From NCBI GenBank assembly GCA_963741205.1, contig CAVUHW010000018.1:96001-160000 (forward strand): a stretch of DNA of 64,000 nt, written 5' to 3'. The stretch comes from Nitrospirota bacterium. Lineage in GTDB: Bacteria; Nitrospirota; UBA9217. Every line of letters starts with the position of its first letter. Positions within the stretch are counted from its first letter, which is position 1. Made by a program: the position numbers and the translations under genes. The notes under the pieces were generated by a model. The model ran no database searches. It saw only the letters and a program-made list of their open reading frames with translations, and was not told the origin of the DNA. Positions 55,837 to 64,000 of this stretch are shown one piece after another.

Positions 55837-56962
55837 ATGAACATAAAAATCATATCAAAGACAAGATCAAGATCACATGGATAAGAAAATCGATCTATGG
55901 CGCTTCAGTGATCGCCGTGCTGTCTCGGTGCTTGGCATCGGGCTATGCCTTCTTCGGCAAGGAGAACAGCTACGCGAACGTTCCGAAGGCCGAAGAGCCG
56001 GTCAGCGTGACGACCATGACCGTCGAGCCGAAGACCATCGATGCGGTGGTGTCCGCTGCCGGCGCGCTCAATTCCAGGAACACCTCGGTGCTTTCGAGCA
56101 AGGTCATGGGCAAAGTGATTGAACTGACGGTCAACGAAGGCGATTACGTGACCCGGGCAAGCTGCTCATGAAGATCGAAAGCGGCGAGATCAGCGCCCAG
56201 GCCTACCAGGCCCAGGCCGCGTACAACAACGCGAAGCTCCAGTATCGACCGGATCAGGAGCCTCTTCGACGAGAACGCGGCCACGCAGATGGAGATGGAC
56301 CAGGCGACGCTCGGGTTCGAATCCGCCAAGGCCGGCCTGAACGCGGCAAAGGCCATGGAGAGCTACACGATCATCACCGCGCCGATCGCGGGCCGGATCG
56401 TGGAGAAGCGGATCAATCTCGGCGAGATGGCGCTCCCGGGCCAGCCGATCCTGAAGATCGAAGACAACAGGAACCTCAGGCTCGAAGTGACGGTGAAGGA
56501 ACAGGACATCCGTTTCGTGCAGACCGGCAAGCCGTGATCGTCCGGATCGACGCCGTGCCCGGCAGGGAGATCAAGGCGCGGGTGGCGCAGGTGGTCCCGG
56601 CCGCGGACGTCCGGACCCACTCCTTCGTCGTGAAGATCGACATCCCGGCTGACAAGGGCCTCATCACCGGCATGTACGGCAAGGCCTTCTTCAGCACCGG
56701 CAAGCGGAGGCCATCCTGGTGCCCGCGCTCGGCCATCGTCGAGATGTCCGGGCGTCACGGGCGTGTACCTCGTGTCGCGCGAAGGGAACGCCGTGTTCCA
56801 GATGATCCAGCCCGGCGAAACACAGGGCGACATGGTCGAGGCGGTGACGGGACTCAAGGCGGGCGACCAGGTGATCGTGAGCAGGCACGACCGCCAGGCA
56901 GTCGACGGGACAGAAAAGTCGATGTGTCTGCAGCGAGAAGTGAAGCATGGGATCATAAATGA
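55837..56962 (+). CDS. RND periplasmic adaptor (frameshifted)
   Basis: SSKVMGKV..L.V.EGD.V, ITAPIAGRI, GEMALPGQP and GLKAGDQV. Confidence 0.9.
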
Positions 56963-57123
56963 CGCATTAAGACCTAAGCCATCGTGAAGCAGGACTTGAA
57001 CGCGATGAAGTAGAATCTGGATTGAACTAAAACGAATGAATAGTTTATGCTCTGCGCATTCTTATCTGCGATTCACTCTGCGTCAATCTTTGCGTCCGAT
57101 AATCGTTTAATAAGGGTCTAATC

Positions 57124-60100
57124 ATGAAACTCAACATCAGCGGCAAGATAACCCAGTACTTCATCAACTCCCAGCTCACGGTGCTCCTGATGGCGGCAAC
57201 GGCGGTCCTCGGGCTCTTTGCCCTCTGGTTCACCCCGCGCGAGGAGAACCCCCAGATCGTGGTGCCCGCGGCGAACGTGATGGTGATGATGCCCGGCGCC
57301 TCGGCAAAGGAAGTCGAAGAGCTGGTGTCCAAGAAGCTCGAAGCCAAGCTCTGGGAGATCCCGGGCGTGGAGGACGTGTACTCGGTCTCGATGAACTCGA
57401 TGTCCGTGGTGACCGTGAAGTTCTTCGTGGGCCAGGACAAGGAGCGTTCGCTCGTGAAGCTCTACGACAAGCTCATGTCCAACATGGACTTTGCGCCCCC
57501 CGGCGCGTCCCAGCCGCTCGTGAAGCCCATCGACGTGGACGACGTGCCGATCGTGGCGATCACGCTGTCGGCCGCCCCGGGAGCGAACTACGACGACGCC
57601 CAGCTCCGGCTCGTGGCGGACCACGTGCTCGACGAGCTCAGGAAGGTCCCGGGCGTGGGCAATACCGCCGTGATCGGCGGCCGGGGCCGCCAGGTGCGCG
57701 TGACCCTCGACCCGCTCCGGATCGCCGGGCTACGGCCTCTCCCCGCTCCAGATCGCCGGCGCCATCAACGTGTCGAACGCGAACCTCCTGTCACGGGCGA
57801 CCTCGAACAGGGCAGCAGAAAGCTTGCCCTCGAGACCGGCGGGTTCTTCGAAAAATCCGGCGACGTGAGGAACGCCGTCGTCGGCGTCGCGAACAGCAAG
57901 CCGGTTTACCTGGGCGACGTGGCCGACGTGAACGACGGTTCGAGGAGACCGTGAAGCTGACGCGCATCGCCTTCGCAGACGGCCACGAGAACAGCATGGG
58001 CGCTAGACGACGGACCATGCCGCCGGGGAACAGCCTGCCGTGACCGTGGCCCTGGCCAAGCGGCAGAAGCTGAACGCCGTCAAGATATCGAACGAGATCC
58101 TCGCGAAGCTCGACGAGTTGAAGAAGACCAGATCCCGCCGGGCGATCATGTGACGGTCACGCGGAACGACGGCAAGACCGCGAACGACGCGGTGAACGAG
58201 CTCGTGTTCCACCTCGTGGTCTCGATCGTCGTGGTCATCGTCCTGCTTTTCTTCACCCTCGGCTGGCGCGAGGCGGCCATCGTGGCCCTGGCCATCCCGC
58301 TCACGCTCTTCATCACCCTTGCCGTCGGCATGGTGGCGGGCCAGACCATCAACCGGATCACGCTCTTTGCCCTGATCCTCTCACTGGGCCTTCTCGTGGA
58401 CGACGCGATCGTGGTGGTCGAGAACATCCACCGCCATTACAAGCTGCAGCAGCATTCGCGGCTCCAGGGCGCGATCATGGCGGTGAACGAGATCGGCATG
58501 CCCACGATCCTGGCGACCTTGACCGTGGTGCTCGCCTTCATCCCCATGGCCTTCGTGACCGGGATGATGGGGCCCTACATGATGCCGATACCCTTCAACG
58601 TGCCCGTGGCGATGATCACCTCGCTCTTCGTCGCCTTTATCGTGACGCCCTGGGCGAGCTACCGGCTGATGAAGACGGACCATCACGGCGCAAACAGCCG
58701 CCCGCTTGAGGAAACGAGGATCTACCGGAGCTATACAGAAGTCCTCGCGCCGCTGCTCTGCAGAACGCGGCGGACCGCAGGGTGTTCCTCGGCATCATCG
58801 CTGGCGGTGTTCCTCGTCACCATGAGCTTCCCGCTGTTCCAGTGGGTAAAGTTCCGCATGCTGCCCAAGGCGAACAAGAACACCTTTCTCGTGTCCATCG
58901 ACATGCCCGCCGGCACGGTGATCGAGAACACGGACCGCGTGGCCCGCGCCGTGGGCGATTATATCCGGCGCATCCCCGAGGTGAAGGACTACGAGACCTT
59001 CGTGGGCACCGGGTCGGTCATGGACTTCAACGGCCTTCTCCGGGGCGGCGCGTTCCGGGAAGCGAGCCACTTCGCCGACGTCCGGGTGAACCTGATCGAC
59101 AAGGAAGAACGCGAGGCTCTCGAGCGAGAAGATCGTGCTCAAGATCAGGCCCGACATCGACAAGACTCGCGCAGGAGTACGGCGCGAACATCAAGCTCGT
59201 CGAAGACCCGCCCGGACCGCCGGTCCGCGCCACGGTCGTCGCCGAGATCTACGGCCCGGACTACGACAAACAGCGGGAGATCGCCGCGGACATCAAGGAC
59301 GCTCTTCGCAAAGACCGACCAGGTCGTGGACATCGACGACAGCGTGAAGGAAAAGCAGGACAAGTACCGGCTGATCGTGGACAAGGAAAAGGCCGCGCTC
59401 ATGGGCATCTCCACGGAGCAGATCGTCCAGACCCTCGGCTGTCCGTCGGCGGCATGGCGATCTCGACCCTGCACGTGCCCGAGGCCAAGAACCCCGTTGC
59501 GATCATGCTGCGGCTGCCAAAGGGCGACCGCAGCGGCCTTTCGGACATGGACAAGGTCTTCCTCACCGGGCCCGCAGGGCAGCCAGGTGCCGCTCTCTTC
59601 GCTCGTCACGATCGTGCCGGCGGAGATGGACAAGGCCATCTATCACAAGAACCTCGAGCCCGTGACCTATGTGTACGGCGAGATGGGAGACGGGAGCCAG
59701 GTCTACGCCGTCATCGACATGATGCAGGATCTCTGGAAGCATCCGCTGCCTGAGGGATATTCGATCAAGTGGGACGGCGAGATGAAGCTGACCCTCGACG
59801 TGTTCCGCGACCTCGGCGCCGCCATGGGCGTGGCCCTGATCGCCATCTACCTCCTGCTGGTGGGCAGGTTCCGGTCCTTCACCATCCCGCTCGTCATCAT
59901 GGCGTCGATCCCGCTCTCGATGATCGGCATCATGCCCGGCTTCGCCATGACCGGCGTGTACTTCAGCGCGACCTCGATGATCGGCGTGATCGCCCTTGCC
60001 GGCATCGTGGTCAGGAACTCGATCGTGCTCCTGGAATTCATCCTGGACAAGAAACAGGAGGGCATGCCGCTCGAGCAGGCGCTGATCGAGGCCGGGGCCA

Positions 60101-60291
60101 TCCGGACGCGGCCCATCGTGCTGACCGCGGCGGCCGCGATCCTGGGCTCCGCGGTGATCGTGACGGACCCGGTCTGGTCGGGCCTGGCCCTGGCGCTCAT
60201 CTTCGGGATGCTCGCGTCAACGGCGCTCACCCTGGTGGTGATCCCGGTGTTCTATTATATAGTGGAGAAGAAGAACTGGGAGAATGCGTAG
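57124..60291 (+). CDS. RND efflux permease (AcrB/CusA superfamily; frameshifted)
   Basis: PREENPQI, GLLVDDAIVVVENI, GIVVRNSI and RTRPIVLT. Confidence 0.95.
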
Positions 60292-60414
60292 AGAACTGCG
60301 GATATGCGGAGTGCGGAATGCGGAATGCAAGCTACATGCTCTCCAATCCATGAAGGTTCGTTGAGGTCTATTCCGACAATCCGCATTCCGCGATCCGTTA
60401 AACGGAGGTAATCA

Positions 60415-61198
60415 ATGTCTAACACATGCGTCAGCATCAGAATGCAAGGACCGGATCAGCACCGTCACGATCGACAACCCGCCGGACAACTACCTGGACA
60501 AGGATGTCCTGGCGAAGCTGAACAGGACCGTGAGCGAGATGCTCGCCGACAAGGCCGAGCTCCGCGTGGTCCTGCTCACGGCAAAGGGAGGAATTTTTCC
60601 GCCGGCATCGATTAGCCGGGCTTCGTCAAGATGACCAAGGAAGAAGCGGGCCATTTCGCCGATATGGGCTACCACCTTCTTGAGGCACATCGAGAACCTG
60701 CCGGTCCCGGTGATCGCCGCGCTCAAAGGAGAAACAACGGGCGCCGGCCTCGGCCTGGCGCTTGCCGCCGACATCCGCATCGCGTCAGCGGACACGGTCT
60801 TTTCGTTTCCCGAAGCGCAGTTCGGCGTACCGCCCTTCTTCGGATCGTCCCAGCGGCTCTACAAGACCGTCGGCGTGGGCCGCGCAAAGGAACTGCTCTT
60901 TACCGGCCGGACCGTGGATGCCGAAGAGGCGCTGCGGATCGGGCTGGTGAACAGGGTCGTCCCGCTCGACCCGCTCGACGAGGAAGCGAAGCGGCTCGCC
61001 CTCAAGATCGGCGGCAACAGCCTCTCCTCGCTCCGCTCGATCAAGATGCTCATGAACTTCGGCCTGAACGAAGGCTACGAGGTCGGGCTGAAGGAGGAAG
61101 TGACGGCGTTCAGCGAAGCGTTCAATCCCGGACACGAAGCAGTGGGAACGGTTGTAACCGAAGAAAGTTCCCTGCGGAATATGCAAGCGATTTCCTAA
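60415..61198 (+). CDS. crotonase (enoyl-CoA hydratase/isomerase) family protein (frameshifted)
   Basis: PVIAALKG..GAGLGLALAADIR, FPE..FG, GR.VDAEEALRIGLV. Confidence 0.85.
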
Positions 61199-61247
61199 TA
61201 CGAAGAAAGGAAGACAAGACTCGCATTTAGTGAAAAAGGAGGGAATT

Positions 61248-61677
61248 ATGGGAATACAGTGCATGGCACATCATGAGGGAAAAAATCAGTGTGGGGCGCG
61301 ATACGGTCGCGCGGGAGGTCGCGATGAAAATCATCTCATCCGGACTTGCCGCCATGCCCGTCGTGGACGAGAACCGGGAAATCCTGGGCGTGGTATCGGA
61401 GAACGCCATTCTGGACGCAATCCGTGAGGAGCGAGACCTCGATTGCATCGCGGCGTCGTCGATCATGGTGCCTGCGCCAAGCGTCGCCGATGCCGACACT
61501 CCGACAACGGAGATCATCAACCTGCTGCTCAAGAGCTGCTGTTCCATCGTCGCGGTGGTAAAGGACGGCAAGTATGTGGGCGTGATCAGCAGGCACATGC
61601 TCATGGACATTTTCACGTCCCCGCACTATTCGCGGTTCGCGTCAAAAGACCGGAAGTCGCCGTTCGCGTGCAAATAG
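61248..61677 (+). CDS. CBS-pair protein
   Basis: MPVVDE...GVVSE and VVKDGK.VGVISR. Confidence 0.85.
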
Positions 61678-61759
61678 CACATCCGGTGGCAGGCAGCAGG
61701 CTCAAGACATTCAAGGGGCACCATCCCTTGCCGCCTGCTGCTTGCTCCATTCATAAGAG

Positions 61760-61970
61760 TCCATCGGATGGTTCATCGTCACGGCTTTGTCTATGTCATG
61801 CCTGCGCGCCAGCGGTTACGAGCCTGCACCTCGGGTTTTGCGTGCACCCGGCTGGTTCATGTTCACGGGCTTCGTGGGCGCAGATGCTCACGATTTTTGC
61901 CTTGACAGGGTTCTGCCCGATGAGTATTATATTGTACGTTTTCGGCGCCCGGGAGCGCTGCAAATGCTGA
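61760..61970 (+). CDS. YgaP/DUF2892-like small membrane protein (garbled by indels; start uncertain)
   Basis: VHPGWFMFTGFVG and LTGFCPM..IL lie in adjacent frames. Confidence 0.65.
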
Positions 61971-62004
61971 CATTATTGCACTATGGTTTGAAAGGAGTTG
62001 CACC

Positions 62005-62250
62005 ATGCCATTTTATGAATATCAGTGTGATGCCTGCGGAAAGGACTTCGTGCTGCTCCAGTCCATGACCGCGAAGGCGGAAGATACGGCCTGTCCGTAC
62101 TGCAAGGAAAAAAAGGCGAGAAAGCTCGTCTCCAAGTTCTCGTCCGCGGCGGCGGGTCAGTCTGCAGCGTCGGCGGCCATTCCTGGGGAGGCGGCTGAGG
62201 CTCGTAAACAATCCGCCGGGTGCGGATCAAAAATACATGTACAAGCCTGA
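62005..62250 (+). CDS. FmdB-family zinc-ribbon protein
   Basis: MPFYEYQCDACG...CPYC...KLVS.F. Confidence 0.9.
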   Translation: MPFYEYQCDACGKDFVLLQSMTAKAEDTACPYCKEKKARKLVSKFSSAAAGQSAASAAIPGEAAEARKQSAGCGSKIHVQA

Positions 62251-62276
62251 GAGTCGGATGATTCTCAGGCTTTTTT
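62243..62276 (+). terminator. intrinsic terminator
   Basis: aagcctgagagtc-ggat-gattctcaggc-tttttt. Confidence 0.8.
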
Positions 62277-62435
62277 GTGCGAAGACTTTTCACCGCAGAG
62301 GACGCAGAGAAAGATAAACTCCGTTATAAGACTGCGCAGAATAAATGTGGCTCGTCATTCCCGCGAAACGGGAATCCAGAGGCTCATTGTAAAGTCACTG
62401 GATTCCGGGTCAAGCCCGGAATGACGAATCAGATC

Positions 62436-63358
62436 ATGGCATCACCGTCTCCCTCAAAACCTTCCTCAACCCCCGGTACTGGTACGCCTGGCCGGTCCTG
62501 GCGCTCATGCTCTTCCTGAGCTGGATGCCGGGCCGCGTGCTCTGGGTCCTGGGCAGCGGCCTCGGATCGTTCGTCTTCCTGGTTCCCCACGTCCAACCGC
62601 CGTTTCGCCGAGAGAAACATCGAACTTTGCTTTCCCGATAAGAGCCGCCTCCGAGCGCCGGAGGCTCGTAAAGCAGCATTTCCGTCTGAGCGGCTTCGCC
62701 GTCCTGAGCCTCAGCGTGGCCTGGTTTGGCGCCCGCATGGAGAATCAAACGGTTCGTCACGCTGCGCGACAAGCACCATCTCGACGACGCCTTTGCGCAG
62801 GGAAAGAACGTCATCCTGCTCGCGCCGCATTTCATAGGCCTCGACATGGGCGGGGCGCGCCTGTCCATCGAGCAAGAATACGTCAGCATGTACCGCAAGG
62901 CCCGGGACCCCCTGCTCGAATACCTCTTCAAGCGCCGGGAACGGTTCGGCGCCGTGGTCGTTGAACGCGACGCGAGCCTGAAAACGGTCATCCGCCTGAT
63001 CCGCGAGGGGCGGCCCTTCTATTATCTCCCCGACCAGGACATGGGCGAGCGCGCCGGCGTGTTCGTCCCCTTCTTCGGCATCCCCGCCGCGACCGTCACC
63101 GCCACGAGCCGCATCGCCCAAAGCACGAACGCGGCCGTCGTTCCTTGCATCACCCGCATCCTGCCGCGCGGCCGCGGGTACGAAGTGCGCCTGTACCCTC
63201 CCCTCGAAAATTTCCCGACCGACGATCCGGCTGCCGACGCCGCGCGCATGAACCGCGAAATCGAGGCATGGGTGCGCGAAATGCCGGAACAGTACATGTG
63301 GTCCTACCGGCGGTTCAAGACCCGGCCGAATAATGAGCCCTCGTTGTATGGCGACTAA
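62436..63358 (+). CDS. lipid A late acyltransferase (LpxL/HtrB family; frameshifted)
   Basis: PHF..LD, YLPDQD, VPFFG, PEQYMW.YRRFKTRP. Confidence 0.9.
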
Positions 63359-64000
63359 CTGGAAATTTCTCGATTCCGGCGCAAATACGGCGCGCATAAC
63401 ATGACCGTAGACGAGGAGCTGCTTGCCCGCGCCCAGGCGGGCGACGACATGCCTGTTCTTCGTTTCTACACGTGGGACCCGCCTGCCGTTTCCCTCGGAA
63501 GATTTCAGACAGCCGAGACCTCGGTGAATGCGGATGCCTGCAAGCGGCTCGGCTTCGACGTCGTGCGGCGCATCACCGGCGGCAGGGCCGTGCTCCATCG
63601 CCGGGAGCTCACCTACAGCATCGTCTCACGCATTGACAACCCGCTCTTCCCCCCTGATGTGCTCGGCACGTACAAGGTCATAGCAGCGGGACTTCTGGCT
63701 GGGCTCGCGAACCTCGGCATCGATGCCGAGATGGTCTCTCGCGGGGGCCGTCACGCCGCGCTCGTAAACAAGACGGACAAAGACCCTTCCTGCTTTGCCT
63801 CTCCGTCGTGGTACGAGATCGTGGTCCACGGAAAAAAGATCGTCGGCAGCGCCCAGCGACGGCTCTCGCATGCGTTTCTCCAGCACGGCTCTATCCTGAT
63901 CGACTATGATCCGGCGCTCGAGGCCGAGGTTATCCGCGGGGGTGGCTCGGGGGACGCACGTCACGTCCATCGATCGGGAACTCGGGCGCGAAGTGTCTCT
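63348..64000 (+). CDS. lipoate-protein ligase / LipM-family octanoyltransferase (runs off window)
   Basis: Manual translation: NMTVDEEL, LRFYTW, VRRITGGRAVLH..ELTYS, KIVGSAQRR and QHGSI. Confidence 0.85.

Noticed and set aside
61800-61832. cctgcgcgccagcggttacgag as a further copy of the micro-insertion
   Set aside because: It lacks the GCGCGAATGCAGGGTG half and reads as coding sequence (AVTSL.LGF) of the DUF2892-like gene.

Overview
GC-rich (about 58-60% by eye) bacterial chromosomal segment. Gene content resembles an anaerobic Nitrospirota or deltaproteobacterial lineage (inference). Many core genes are split by single-base indels (tyrA, aroF, hisC, glgC, glgB, recN, RND pump). This looks like uncorrected long-read error, so genes were rebuilt across frames and some coordinates are approximate. 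Housekeeping content: pheA-hisC-aroF-tyrA, glgC, glgB, two ABC-2 exporters, a PD40 plus M1/M28/PDZ peptidase pair, a nuclease-DinG helicase, recN-vorC-vorB-cysK-iscS-ntrX, and a sigma54-type rhodanese-TolC-MFP-RND-crotonase-CBS-DUF2892-FmdB cluster. Less ordinary features: (1) a chromosomal integron (intI, attI, three progressively eroded attC sites, lipoprotein cassettes, decayed PemK), plus a stray attC-flanked cassette about 25 kb away; (2) a variant c-di-GMP-I/GEMM-type riboswitch with its own promoter and terminator, next to a pseudo-receiver-PilZ gene; (3) a 42-45 bp element found three times, each copy inserted precisely into a different palindromic repeat family; (4) a structured, C-rich leader or small RNA right after a sigma54 promoter. 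No rRNA, tRNA or CRISPR array was seen.
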